Shown here one piece after another: positions 42,551 to 64,000 of a stretch of 64,000 bases of DNA. Origin of the DNA: Chrysomallon squamiferum (lineage: Eukaryota; Animalia; Mollusca); contig CM022668.1 in assembly GCA_012295275.1 (NCBI GenBank), positions 8,680,001-8,744,000 of the forward strand, in the 5' to 3' direction. The notes under the pieces are model-generated. The model made no database searches. It was not told the DNA's origin and saw only the letters and a program-made list of their open reading frames with translations. The translations under genes were made by a program, and so were the position numbers. Each line of letters begins with the position of its first letter. The stretch's first letter is position 1.

Positions 42551-42830
42551 ATATGTTAGACGTCACAGAACGACATCTGATTCTAGAGCCAAAGAAAACA
42601 TCAACACGACAAACCAAGATGGCGGTCACTATGAAATCGTAGAAGGAGAAACTAGAGAAGAGCCTGGGCATGGCCATAACGATCAGACTTCGTCACGAGT
42701 TACAACCCAGCAGCAAAGTGATGGTGGCTATGTGAACGCTGGACAAGAAATTCTTATGAATGAATACGAAACACTTGATCCAGCCACTGCTAAACAAAAC
42801 ATCTACGAGAAAATAAGTTCAAGAGTTTAA
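42551..42830 (+). CDS. Terminal cytoplasmic-tail exon of a paralogous EGF-repeat receptor; upstream exons presumably in the gap
   Basis: cttcag|A TAT GTT... encodes YVRRHRTTSDSRAKENINTTNQDGGHYEIV...GGYVNAG...NEYETLD...NIYEKISSRV*. Highly similar but not identical to 54023-54314, including the 3' flank. Confidence 0.8.
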
Positions 42831-43119
42831 TGTGAACAGCATTATTTTTATAAATATTCGAAGTTTGAATACCAAAACGAATTTTGACTTCTCAAATATT
42901 ATAAAAGTTATTCTTGAAGTTATTAAAAACTATCAACATAAAAAAATCACGAAGAGTTAATCCAGACATTTTATATGTTATGAGATCTGCAGTATATTAA
43001 TTATTGTCCAAAATTTACTATTACCACTAATACTAATAGTACTATTAATTATAGTTATACTTATATTGATAGTACTATTGCTGCTGCTTCTACTACTACT
43101 ACTACTACTACTACTACTA

Positions 43120-43159
<40 letters not shown>

Positions 43160-43866
43160 ATATATTATAATAGACAAACCAAATCACAGAGCTGAAAATG
43201 CTTAGCACTGTTCCTAGAAACATGTACATTATCACGTAACTGATGTTCGTGAACCATTTTTCTATTTAAAAATGTTTTTGAGTTTTCTAAAATAACTGTC
43301 TTACTTACTGTTTCAAATTTTAAGCATTGGTTGCTTTTCGCCGTCTATTTCTGACAGATAATCAAAACGATCAAGAAGCAATCTTTCAGTCTGTTCATCA
43401 ATGAAATTAATCAGTGTGCGATCTCTGAGAACTTTTAATTTATTGATTATGAATGTTATACTTACTCATAACAGCTATGTGTGCTAGTAACTGGACAAAA
43501 CATTATTTTTAAAAAACATCATTGCTGCCTGTTTCTCAACAAAAGACTGAGTAGCAATCTCGCATGTTTCAATGTCGTACAAAAAAAGATACGTAGAAAA
43601 AAAAAAAAAAAAAAACGATATTAATACCCATAACTGTTTTTTTTAGTAAAATGTAATAATATAGAAATATGAGTTTCCTTATATTCATTTCTTCTTGTTG
43701 TTTTAAAATATTCCTATACAGATGTATGTTATTGTATAAAAACATATTCATATTTATCTGGGTTTTTTGGTATTATTTATTTTATTTCTTCTTTTTGTTT
43801 CTATTTTAATCAAAACACATATCTTCATCCATACATCTGCACATATGTATTCAAAATAATAATAAC

Positions 43867-43904
<38 letters not shown>

Positions 43905-44289
43905 TAATAATAATAATAATAATGAACTACAAATATATACAAAGAAAGAAAGAAAGAAATATACATAGATATATCAAGACACAAATACATAGACGCAGAA
44001 ACAAATACATAAATACAAAATACATACAGACATGCGCACTCCTACATTTTTATTATAGCTACAGAACTACTCTAGTGTTGTATGTGTGTCACATATAAAT
44101 AAGTCAACAGTCACTACTATCCACGTGTCATTAACTTATACATTACTCGTAAAACTGTGGTACAGTATTATTCACTTTGTGACTTCATACTGTCTGCAAA
44201 GCAATAGTGTCATAGTACTACTGTCACTTTACACATTACACATTGTTCACACAGTGTTCACACCACATACCATCACACTACTACACTTG

Positions 44290-44612
44290 TTCATATTACA
44301 CATTATACATTGTTCACACCAATCTGTCACACTACTACTGTCATATTACACATTATACATTGTTCACACCAATCTGTCACACTACTACTGTCATATTACA
44401 CATTATACATTGTTCACACCAATCTGTCACACTACTACTGTCATATTACACATTACACATTGTTCAAACCATTCTGTCACACTACTACTGTCATATTACA
44501 CATTACATTGTTCAACAATCTGTCACACTACTACTGTCATATTACACATTACACATTGTTCAAACCATTCTGTCACACTACTACTGTCATATTACACATT
44601 ACACATTGTTTG
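44290..44612. repeat. 50-55 bp minisatellite, ~6 units
   Basis: CATTATACATTGTTCACACCAATCTGTCACACTACTACTGTCATATTACA recurs at 44301, 44351, 44401 and beyond. Confidence 0.9.
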
Positions 44613-46235
44613 CACCAATGATTAACAGTACATAGTAGTGGAATGATTAACAGTACTAGTAGTGGAGATAATAGCAGTGTTGCAGCAGTAGTAGTAGAGT
44701 AGTAGTAGCAGATGTAGTACTAATAGCAGTAGTGGAAGAGTAGTATTAGCAGAAACAGTAAGATTAACAGTGTTAAAAATTGTACAAATAGTAGTATTAC
44801 TATTATATATTTCATAAACTCTGTTGGCTGCTACAGAAATAGCAGACAGTGTAAATGTAACAGTTTCTAACACTTAGTGTGTAATATAAAGTTGTTTTCT
44901 ATATCATTACTTATAGTCATTATTCCTATGTATTATTAAAAAAATTCAGTTCGAAACAACATATTAAATTTTAATATAACAGCAAATACAGTTTAATTAA
45001 GTTGGATCTCTATATAAATATTATAAACAAAACATAGACAGTAAGTGAGGTTTGAATGTACATGATTAGTGTACCCTGAAGTTATTAGTTATCTGTGTAA
45101 GAGATATGTAACACTGAACGTGTTGTGTACAAATCCAGAGTTATTCAACCGTTAAGGTTATATTAATGAAATTTAAAAGAAAACAGTGTCTTTCTGATGT
45201 CATGATTAATTGTTATCTATGCTCAATTATATATCTTTGTTCAGTGTCTGTTAATTAAATGTAAGGAAACCGGGCATCTTGGACAATCTAACAATTAACA
45301 GTGTAGAAATAATTTTCTTTGAGCTGTTTTTTTTTTCTACTTATTGATTTTTAATTAGCCAGAACTTCATCAGACATTATATTGCCATTTAGCACGCACG
45401 TGTTCCAAGCATTTGACATGCACGTGTTCCACGTGTTGCTAATTTTTGTGATACGGAATTCTGAAAATATTTAGAAATATGATTACATCTGAACGTCCTG
45501 GTAATTGTTTGTCAGCAATGAACAGTTTAAAATAAACTGAATGTACACAGTCTCAGGCATTATGTTGTTTATTTATTTCGTATATCCATTTAGCATCTTT
45601 ATAATAATGAAACAGTTTTCTAATCCAATAGAGCCATTTTATGTTCTAAAGACAAATGCATCGGGTAGGTTGAGATAGTTTTGTTACGTGTCAAAAACAT
45701 AAATTGTTTTTAAAAAAATAACAAATCAGGGTATTACAAACATTTATGAATGCTCATATAAAATGAAAGTTTTATTTGAACAGCTTTCAGGATTTCTTTC
45801 TCGATATGTGTTCTAGTTAGAGATTGAAATGTGTCCTAACCTCTCTGTTCTCCCACACACAGACTTCTTTTCTCTCTTTGTTCTGTTTATGGCTTCGCAT
45901 GTTTAAGTGTGCTTTTGTGAACCTCGCTGTTTTGTATCCACGCGATTAGGTAGAAGTCACTTCAGTCATATATCCGTGGCCTGTGTTCGTATTTGTGTTC
46001 TCTGTGTGAGTGTCCTTTGTTATTCAATGGGTCTGTTGAAACTGCATACATTATATGTGTCTCGTGTTTTAATATAGGCGTCGTATCAGTGTGCATGTGT
46101 GTTTGTGTATATGTGCGTCTGCATATATAAATGTGTGCTATTCATGTTTGTCAGCAGTGTTTTGTATGTTTATAAATATCTTCTGCTTTTCTTTTTATTT
46201 ATTTATTTACTTATTTATTTATTTATTTATTATTA

Positions 46236-46283
<48 letters not shown>

Positions 46284-46863
46284 GTTGTTGTTGTTTATTT
46301 GTGTTGTTCTTTTGTTATTATTATGACAATGTACTATTCAAATATTTAAAAAGCATTTACATATAAGAAGCTGGAAAGATGCTTTCGCTATATATTTTTT
46401 TCATATTTTTTCTTTTCTATTTGTTTTAATTTTATTTTATTTTATTGTTTGCGAGGGTTGGGGTTACTCAGTCGATGATCCTGTAACACTTCACATTGTT
46501 TAACGAGATCACTAACCACTGAGCTACACAAAATTATTTTATAAAATGATCAACATCAAACATTTCACTTTACCTTTCTTCTTTTACATATTAACTGCTG
46601 TACACGACGCTAGTGAAAATAATGTTTTGATTTCTATACCTGCTTTTGAAAACTGTCTGGTTACGCCCTGAAGTGTGTGTTTGTCATTCAATGTATATCT
46701 ACACTTAACATTCACACTGCTTCCATTCAGCGATTACATTAACACTGCAGCAATTTATTTTATTTTATTTTATTTTATTTTTTTTTTTTTTTTTTTTATT
46801 ATTTTTTTTTTTTTTTTGTTTATTATTATTCTTCTTCTTCTTCTTCTTCTTCTTCTTCTTCTT

Positions 46864-46894
<31 letters not shown>

Positions 46895-46900
46895 TTCTTC

Positions 46901-46934
<34 letters not shown>

Positions 46935-47216
46935 CATCATCATCATATATATATATATATACGTTCTTCTTGTTGGTCTTTCTAATACTAATATATTGTA
47001 TATTTTATTGAAACAGACAGTCTAAACATAAACTACTATCATCAAATTAATCCTTTAACTAAACCGAACGTTTCCAAAATTAAATTCTTAAACCAGTTTT
47101 ACAAGTTAGCTCTGTGTGACCTAGTTATTATTTTCTCTATCGGTGTGTACCTGTGTATCGCTACCTGTAACTATACTTCATGCTTGAGAGAAATGAAAAG
47201 AAAGAAAGAAGAAAAA

Positions 47217-54314
<7,098 letters not shown>

Positions 54315-54779
54315 TGTGCACAATATAATTTTTAAGCATAAAAGAACTGAATACCACAACGAAATTTGACTGAATAAATATTAACTGAAGTTACTAAAAA
54401 TGAAATAACATCAAAAATCATGAAGAGTTAAACCTCACTAATAACAGATTATGAGACTTGTATTATATAATTTATTGTACAAAATGTATTACTAGCAGTA
54501 AAACTAACAGTGTTAATAATGATAGTATTCTTAATGCTAATAAAAATAATAATAATAATAATAATACAGGATGTTAGTATGAGTTTCTACTGGTACATAT
54601 ACATGACATGTAACTGGTGTGGGTACAGAAGTAATAATAATAAGAACAATAATAATAATAATAATAATACCACTATATTATTATGAGTTTCTACTGGTAC
54701 ATGTAACTGGTGTGGGTACAGAAGTAATAATAAGAAGAACAATAATAATAATCTTCCTCGGTGAACATTTTATGAGTTT

Positions 54780-55138
54780 CTACTCGTAACATTGGTGTGG
54801 GTACAAAAGTACTCCCGTGTTACGACTCTCTTCCTCGGTGAACATTTCTCGTAACATTCTCATCACTGGTGTGACACGTGTGTTTCTGTATGGAGTGTCT
54901 ACTGTAGACATCAGACCCACGTGTCTTCCTATCACTTGTTTATATTCACTGTCACTTTGAAAACCCTTCTTCATATCACTGACAGTTCTCCACCAGTACA
55001 ACAGTTTCTCATTGACATCGTCCTCAAGCATGAACACAACGTCGGCGTTGTCGTCAATGATGTTGTGTAAATTTTCAGACATTTCTTGTGAAAAGCGTTG
55101 AACCATTTCATGTTCAGTAACGTTCGGCAGTTTAGAAT
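54780..55138 (-). CDS. Probable coding exon of an unidentified protein
   Basis: ttttaag| acceptor at 55138, then an open, non-repetitive frame of ~119 codons (SKLPNVTEHEMVQRFSQE...VVFMLEDDV...LLYPHQCYE*), more GC-rich than its surroundings. No family recognised. Confidence 0.5.
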
Positions 55139-56147
55139 CTTAAAATTAGACTACTCGAAATTTTTGATATGAAATCCTGTATTCCTTATGACTTGTACAT
55201 TAAAATATAGTATAACCATTTCTAAGTTATCATAACTGTTTGCTAAAAATGTTTTTCAATGGAAATAAAATAATTCTCTCTATATTCCCAAATGTTCTTA
55301 TTCTTTTTTTATTCCATTTCTGACAGATATCAAAACGATAAACGTATAAATTTTTTGTTTTGGGTTCTGGGGAGTTGTTTGGGTAGAATATTAGCTTTCA
55401 ACTTTGTTTTATTCGTGTTTTGATTTGTTTTGTTTTTTTTTCTTCTGTTTTTTTTTTTTTTGGGGTATGCCTTGTTTGTTTGCTTTTGTTTTGTTTTCAT
55501 CTACAATTTTCAATTTGTTTGTATTTAGGACGTTTTCTTTTGATTTGGGAATTTGAACGGGTTGTCAATAAATTCGTATTATTAATGTAAGTATTTTATT
55601 GACTTATTTATTTGTTTGCTTCCTTATTTATTTATTTTATTTTATTTTTCACTTTTCTTTTTGAAAAATAAATAGAGTTTTTTATTTGCATTAATCCAAC
55701 AATAAAAAAAGTAAATTTAATATAATTAATTGTCGTGATAGTTTTGTTTTTTTAAAAAAATAAGAATAGGGCATGAAATTTGTTTTAGTTCCCATCCATC
55801 AGTGATTAAGTGACTAGAACGAAAGTCTACAGTGACTGAAGTCTCCAGTTATTTCCATGGGATATACATAGCAATTACACATTTTAAGATAACAAAGAAA
55901 ATTTGAGCCAACTTCATGAATATATTTGTTATTCCAATAAATGAAAATTATTCTTGGTGTATCATATTATTATTGTTATTTTTATTATTATTTTTTAATC
56001 ATCATCAAAAAAAAAAAAAATCATTCAACAATTTTTTTTTCTTTAATTAATTAAACAACAATAATACTATCGTTGTTGTTGTTGCTTGTTGTTGTGTTTT
56101 TCTTCTTCTTCTTCTTCTTTATTCTTCTTCTTCTTCTTCTTCTTAAA

Positions 56148-56192
<45 letters not shown>

Positions 56193-56689
56193 TTACTTCT
56201 TTTTTTCCCCACTGGAACGGTTGACCCTGTGAAAATGATGAAAAAAAATGGATGGTAGACACCTGAGATACAGAATAAAAATTTGTTTTTCGTTGTTGAA
56301 TGAAATTTTATGACACAGAACTATAAAAAAAAAAAAAAAAGAATAAAAGAGATTATAGAAGGGGATCGGTAAGTATTTTATTTTATTAATGTAATATGTT
56401 GCTAATTCACGTGGCTGGTCTGTCTCTCAGTTCAGAAAAATCCATGTGTGGAATCATTCCGATTGTGCAAACAATAAGTAGAATATACTAAAATTAAAAC
56501 TTTAATAAATATCACATATATCTTCACTATATAAATAGATAGATACACACACTCATTTCAGATAATATACAGGAATTATTATCTTTTCTACAGAAATGAT
56601 TTTGTATGACTAAGAAACAGAATTTGTTTCTATTTAAGTACTAACTGAAATGTGAAAATGTAGTAAAGGATTTCACTGCAAGTCAAACA

Positions 56690-57221
56690 GTCTGCGCTCG
56701 CGTTTTGTTCAATATTTTGCCAGATTTCCATGGATCCTAAGAAAGGACAGTGCTGAGAAGTAGAAGCGGATGATGTCGATTGAATTAAAGCATCAAACCA
56801 TTAAAAAACATGAGATTGGTGTCTGTGTATTCAACATGGCTAGGCAGTACGAGCGTAGTATTTTTAAGATATGTATCATACTGAAGCAGAATGATTCGAT
56901 CAAGGCTTTTAACTTTTATTCCAAAGGCGTTGAAATAATTTTAAACTGCAGACCTCTGAATCCGTGAAACTACGGAGAAATCCTAACACTGTTTTATTTT
57001 TTTTTGACAAAACTAATTTATTTTTTTATTTATCTTTTATTTATTTTTTTTTACATTATTTTTTTTATTGTATACATTTTTTTTATTCAGAAACACGTTA
57101 AAAAAAAAATTGTTGGTTTTTCGTGGCTGGAACGACTTTTTTAAGTTAATTTGATTAGGTAAAATTGAGTTGCGAGCTCGGTCACGGAAGGAGTTAAACT
57201 CACAAGTCAAGGTACCAAATG
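56690..57221 (+). mobile_element. Second, 5'-truncated Tigger/pogo-like element
   Basis: Homologous to 24540-25007. Reads KRMMSIELKHQTIKKHEIGVCVFNMARQYERSIFKICIILKQ (HTH-psq/CENP-B N-terminal-like) and ends in a decayed TIR AAGTCAAGGTACCA. Confidence 0.78.
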
Positions 57222-58239
57222 TATTTTTGTTGCTGAAGTTGTTACTTCTTTTATTATTTGAATTTTTTACTTTTTTTTTATTCATAATCTGCATCATTGT
57301 CCTAATCTAATTATTAATACTTTTACTGTATACTACCTACTACTTCTACTATTACGAATGTGCTGTTGTTGCTGTTGTTGTTGTTGTTGTTTAAAATCCT
57401 TTATTTTAACATAAAAGTTATTTTTCTACAGAAACAAAAAATGATTCATTGTTTCAGTTGCGGTTGTTTTAATAAAATAAAGAGTTATTTCCCTTGTATT
57501 CCGCCAGAGCAGATGTACTTCTTTCTTCTACTTTACATAAGCTATAGCACTAGTTAACTCCGATTCTGATTAAAACAGCAGTTATTAACAAATTCAGCAC
57601 TGTCCTGGACTATTAAACAAAATATTCCAAGAAATTCACTGGCAATCTTTAAGAAAACAAATAAAAAAAGGGTTCTTAGAAATGTACTGTCATCTTGAGT
57701 AATAAAACTAAATGTTATAAGAAATTCTCTGTCGGACTAGATATAAAAATGTTCTAACAAATTAACTCTCAGCTTGATTTTTAGCATAAAATATTCTGCG
57801 AAATTCAGTACTGGCTTGTATTATAAAACAAAGGATTGAAGCAAATTCATTGTCATTTTATAAAGGTCTGACAAATTCACTGACGATGGTGTCACATATT
57901 TGCATACACTCCCATAGATTCCACATAAAGAAAAGTCAGCCGACAGAATAATTTGAAATTTTACTGAAAAACAAAATAAACAGTCATTTAATTAACACTT
58001 CAAAAATGTGTTTATATATATATATATATATATATCTTTAGCTATATTATGCTTAACATTACTAATTTAAATACATTGGATTACATTATTAGATTATAAA
58101 AAATATACAAAAGGAAACTCACCGAACTTTTTGAAATAATTTGTTTATTTATTTATTTCATTTTAGTTCATCTATATATTTATTTAAAAAAAGACAAACT
58201 ACTGAATTAATAATAATAATAGCAGTTGTTGTTGTTGCG

Positions 58240-58270
<31 letters not shown>

Positions 58271-58493
58271 CAGCAGTAGTAGTAGTAATAGTAGTAGCAG
58301 TAGTAGTAGTAGTAGTAGTAGTAGTAGCTGTAGTGCAGCAATAGTGGTATCAATAGTATTAGAGTAGTGGTTGTAGTAGTAGCTGTTTTTCTTGTACTAG
58401 TAAGGTAGTAGGGGTAGTAATGGTTGTATTTATAACATACCTCTGTGAACTGAGTTTTCGGTAGAATATTTTGAAACCGATCTGGCTTCCTAG

Positions 58494-60120
58494 CGATAAT
58501 AAAATTACTGTTAAAACACAAAGCCAATGTAAACAGTTTAGACAAAGAACAGAATAGTCCTCTGTACTACGCTTGTCTTGCTGCGGACGTTTCTACAGTG
58601 AAAGAACTCTTGAAATCTGGAGCAAAGCCTGAGGTAAAGAACAAAGAAGGATTAATTCCTTTGCATTTAGCCGTATTGGGAGGCATGGACTTAATGGTAT
58701 ATCTAGTTAACAGCGGAGCAGACATAAATAGTCGAGACAATTTAGGTCGGTCTGTCTTGCTCACAGCAGTATGTATAACAGGGAAAAACAATCGAAATAT
58801 CTCGTTAGTCAGGGAGCCGATGTAAACACACCTGATGACAGCGGACAGACGGCTATGACACTCGCTGCAGAAAAAGGGTCATGTACTCTTCTCAAAATGT
58901 TACAAGAAGCTGGAGGAAATGTCAACCATCAGGACCTAACGGGACTAACACCTTTACATTTAGCTACACTTAACCAACACGCGGATAGCGTATCAACATT
59001 ACTGGAACTAAAGGCGGATCCTCATCTGCTGGACAACAATGGACTGACTTGCTTACATCATGCAGCCATTCGTCAAAATCTGGACGTACTTCAAGCACTA
59101 CTGGACAATGAGGTGAATCCAGACTGTGTCGATTCTAACAACCAAACAGCTCCTTACTACGCCAGGATGGCAGGATTAGACAAAAATGTTGAGTTACTTT
59201 TGAACAAAGGCAGTTCACCTAAATGGAGAAACAAAAAAGGAAAGACTCCATTACACCTGGCAGCAGAGGTCGGTGCATTGCATCTGATGGACAAGTTTCT
59301 CAAGGCAGGCGCAGATATTAACTGTGAATACGACAGCGGAATCATTCCGCTCATCAGCGCCTGCTCAGTTGGCAAGAAAGACTCTGTCAATTTTCTGCTG
59401 GACAAAGGCGCTGACCCGAATTACGGAGACGGTCATTACACAGCAATGCATGTTGCGGCATTCTTTCATCACAAAGAAATCTTACAAACTCTTCTAGCCA
59501 GAGGAGGACGAGTCACTGTTACGTCAAGCGAGGGGGACAGTCCACTTCATTTTGCAGTTGAGTATAAGATACATGATGTGACAGGATATATGCATGATTT
59601 TCTGAAGACGTTAAGTTCGTCAGACGGCTCATTATACGACATGCTCGAAGCCCTCACAGTGCTTAGTTCACAAGAAGCAGGGATAGATGAATCAGCTCGG
59701 CTGAAAGATTTTAAAACACCTACGACAGTTAATCAGACGAGTGACCAAACCATTACATCTTGTAATGTAGTCGACGTCATCCTTGAAAATGGATGCTGCG
59801 TTAACCTTCGTAACAAAGCTGGACAGACAGCAGCACATATTTGTGTAAGATACAACCAGCCAGAAAATTTGATAATGCTGTTAATGAAAGGTGCTGATGT
59901 AACCATTCTAAACAACGACGGCAACTCCGTTCTCCACGAAGCAGTAGCGAGGGCCCAAGTGTATACTGTGGGTGTTCTGTTGGCTGATGGTGTGGCTGAT
60001 GTAGCAAACGCTGCAGGTTTTACCGCTTGTGATGTGGCTAAAACTATGTTAAAATCTTGTGACGATGAAACAGGTCAGATAGCTTACACACAAATACTTT
60101 CTATGTTTGAATGTAAATAA
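58494..60120 (+). CDS. Ankyrin-repeat protein, long terminal exon with one apparent frameshift near 58790
   Basis: Repeated G.TPLH.A....G....V..LL..GAD.N motifs in two consecutive frames (58494-~58790 and ~58790-60120). Candidate acceptor ttcctag| at 58494. No upstream exon identified. Confidence 0.88.
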
Positions 60121-60332
60121 AAGTTATCTATATATCGTACAATAATAATAACTTTTACACAAATACTTTCTATATTTGATTTTAAATAAAAGTTATCTAT
60201 ATATCGTACAATAATAAACTTTTACACAAATACTTTCTATAACTGAATGTAAATAAAAGATACGTATATATATTGTACAATAATAATAACTTTTTGAAAA
60301 AATGCTGTCTATATTTGAAACTAAATAAAGGT
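60082..60332 (+). repeat. ~65-bp tandem duplications overlapping the ankyrin stop codon and 3' UTR
   Basis: TTACACAAATACTTTCTAT...AAATAAAAGTTATCTATATATCGTACAATAATAA recurs 3-4 times, each unit carrying AATAAA. Confidence 0.8.
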
Positions 60333-61420
60333 ATTATTTTTAAATATTATACAGTAAAGATAACTTACTTTTGAATCTAAATAAAAGTTATATTTTAAAA
60401 AAAACATTAATGATATATTTCAATCTATAGAAGTCTTATTCCAAAATAATGTACAGAAAAAACATTCCTGATATTTGTTGTTTTGTTGTTGTTTTCTAAA
60501 TATAATTTGTATGCTTAACAGTTTTTAATAATAAAGGAAACTTTAATGAGCTGAACATCTCTGTTTAAAAACCACGGATTTCATTTCTATAGATCTAGCT
60601 AGATTATTGTAACAATTATCTGTGTTATCTTGTGTGTGCTAATCTATTATGCCACGCGTGTCAAAAATAATAAAGAATAATAAAAACAACCCTATTACTT
60701 CGCACACTTACGTCGTTTATCGTTTAAAACTAATTCCAGTTATTGTTATCCCGTATAAATATGACAACATCGATTTCCAGGGGGTTGCTCCGAACCAGAT
60801 TATCCGATTAACTTTGACGATAATCCCCTAATGTTAATCCCTTTGGTATTGTAAACAGACAGCTAATAATCTAAACGTGCGAATGAACCTCTGTAACCTG
60901 TTTTTGTAAATAGACTCGTCCAGGTAATTAATCCCCGTCTTTACTTTTACCTGTTCAATCAGTACATTTTATTTAGTGCGCACGGTAAAGCAAAAATTCT
61001 GGTAAGACATTTCATTTTTTCTTTACTTATTAATATTTTCATTATATTTTAAAGAGTCCTTGTTTATATTTTGTTTAATTTCGAGTGGTTGATGTTTTTC
61101 ATTCGTCGTACTTTATTTATTTATTTATTTATAATTACTGTTTAATTAATAATAAATATATGAAGACCATGCATTTAAAATTTAAATGTTCATTCTCAAA
61201 TGATTTAATTTGTGATGGGCATTTTTATATCATCATCATCATTTTTTTATTCATTTATTTATAATTACTGATTTATTAATACTTAATATATCAAGTCCTA
61301 ACATTTATAATTTAAATGTCCGTTATCAAATAATTTATGTGACTGATATTTTTATATCCCTGAAACAACAAGATCGACTTCGGCTCCATAACGAAAACAG
61401 ATTTTTAACGTTAGACTTTG

Positions 61421-61489
<69 letters not shown>

Positions 61490-62310
61490 TATCTATTTAT
61501 TTACTTCATTGTTGCGTTGCTCTTTTCTCTGTGTATGTGTGTGTGCGTGCGTGCGTGTGTGTGTGTTTTCTTTTTTTTTTTTTTTCATTTTTTGGAGAGA
61601 TACTATTTTGAGAATTTATTTTCTTAAAGCTGTTTTCTTAAAACGTCACGATATTTGCTAACCTTTAAAATAATTATTCAATAATTGTTTGACAACATGT
61701 TCTAATAACTAATTCTATTCTTACTCACACGCACGCACACACGCTTAAACTACGTAACATGGTGTGCCCGGGTTATGCAAACACTTTTCTTCACCGTTCT
61801 GTATGAAACTTCTAAGCCTCCTAGCTAAACTTAATCCTTTGGCTTTTCATTCGATAGAGTTATCCTCTCTTGTTCGCGCATGCTCAGCTAAACATGGCCG
61901 GACAGCGGTTAACAGTGGTCATATTTCTAGTCACTTGGAAGTGAGTTTTTTTAAGTGGTTGGACTGTACGTGTTTATCGTTCCATATTGTGTTGGAAAAA
62001 GTCGAGCTTGTTTTGATCAAAAGACTTATGGAAATTTAGTCAAGAAGAGAGGATTGCGAAAACTGGGTTCAGAGAAAACAAAAGTTAAAGGTAATTTTTT
62101 TTTTTTTTCGATAAATCATATGTTTTCAGAATCGAGTTTTGTTACCTAAATTACTGCAGCAAATTTCTTGTGATATAAATTATTTGGAGATTTCTAGGTG
62201 ATATTTCCATGATATCTGATTATTTTTAATGTCTCAGTCTGGGATTTTTTTTTTTTTTTTTTTTTTTATCCTCTCTCAATATCTTTATCTCGTTAATAAT
62301 TTAACTTTAC

Positions 62311-62408
<98 letters not shown>

Positions 62409-62559
62409 AGATATAATTCTGACTTATATTATTGTTTATATAATTTCATCTTGTGTTTATGCTCGTTAAACTAGAACAGAGTTGCTTTAATACACATCAG
62501 AGAGTTGATTTATCGAAATTTTTCAGATTAAAAACACAAGTACCAGTTTCTTGTTAATT

Positions 62560-62706
<147 letters not shown>

Positions 62707-63255
62707 ACAGTATGTTTACGGTTGCATACATACAATGAAAAGCTCTTGGCGATACTGATTCAGCCTTGTAACGAGTACCACACATTAAACACCTCTATTC
62801 AGCTTGCTTTCAATTCGCATTCTCAATCTTATTTCCTGCTTTAAAGTGCAGGTGGCGCCCCCTGATGGGATTAACTAACAACTAGGTGGCGTGTTATAGT
62901 GGGAACAGATTCATTATTTGTTAGTGTCGAATACAAATCTTCAGTGCAGCTACAACAAACAAGTATAAAGAGGAAAACATTAGGTTTGACAATCGGCGGT
63001 TATTCATTGTCGTTTCCAGTCGATGGCTTTTGACACTTTAAATATTTTTATTCCAGTTTAAGTGCCCTAGGGCATGTTTTTCAGATGCTAAGGGTTAACA
63101 TACCGGTAAACTTGGAACAATATTCTGTTGTTATTTTAAACAATAATGTGTGAAACATCAATGAAACACGTTGTCAACGCTCTCGGAATCGTTCGGTTAA
63201 GAACAGGGACCACAAAATTGATAATTAATTTTACTGACTAAAATAAATAACTTTT

Positions 63256-63302
<47 letters not shown>

Positions 63303-63558
63303 TTTGTTTGTTTGTTTCTTTATTTATTTGTTTATTTATTTGTTTATTATCAATTATTCTTATATATTTTTGTATTTTATTTTTATTTTTCAATTATTTT
63401 AGTTTATTCATTCATTCCCTGCAAATTTCCAATAGAAATTTTATTTTTCAAGATGTGTCATTCCGCTAATTTAATTAAATTAGATTTATTATTACTATGT
63501 TAGTACTGTTTCTTTCTTCATCTAATTATCATCATCATTATTATTATTCTTACTATCA

Positions 63559-63609
<51 letters not shown>

Positions 63610-64000
63610 GAACGTACTACCAAACTGTAAAAAACTCCCACATATATATATAAAGCAATGAAAAAAAGAAGGCTTTAATGAAAGAAAAGAAAAAAGCTGA
63701 TAAATGTAATCAATACACTGGAAATTTAAATGTCCATTATCAAATAACTTCGTGACGGATATTTTTATATCACTGAAACAACAAGATCGACTTCGACTCC
63801 ACAACGAAAACTGGTTTATACCGTCAGCCTTTGATCCTATTATGGGATCCTGCCCTACTTCCGCTTTCCACCTGGCTCGTGCAGTCTCGCGCCTTTCTCC
63901 GCCAAAGTGATTTACACGACACTTTTAAAGAATTAAGTTAATCTTGTTGGAAGTGCTATTTCCTACACAACGAAGTATTTTTATCTGTTTAGCATTTTCT

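Noticed and set aside
45541-45664. ATG-initiated hydrophobic ORF ending at G|GTAGG as the receptor's first exon
   Set aside because: Also phase 1, so it does not solve the frame conflict, and it is a poorer signal-peptide candidate than 47217.

Overview
This is AT-rich, microsatellite-laden animal genomic DNA with GT-AG introns, probably molluscan judging by gene content, with one 200-N gap at 42341-42540. Most ORFs in the supplied track are simple-repeat artefacts. The main signal, largely invisible in that track, is a cluster of about 11 paralogous spliced genes spread over ~3-42 kb on both strands. They encode small secreted cysteine-rich peptides. Each has a signal/pro-peptide exon, sometimes a 15-nt micro-exon, a 114-117 nt phase-1/phase-1 exon encoding C-x8-C-x6-C-x11/12-C-x5-CC, and usually a tiny tail exon. 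Seven copies look intact and four look pseudogenised. Four copies come from a ~4.5 kb inverted duplication, with a Gypsy integrase relic between the arms. The cysteine order is beta-/big-defensin-like but the spacing is not, so this may be an undescribed defence or toxin-like peptide family. After the gap lie a multi-exon EGF + F-type-lectin-like + 6xEGF transmembrane receptor (plus the last exon of a paralogue), an unexplained minus-strand coding exon, and an ankyrin-repeat exon with one frameshift. Tigger-like, hAT-like and Tc1 relics and several minisatellites are also present.
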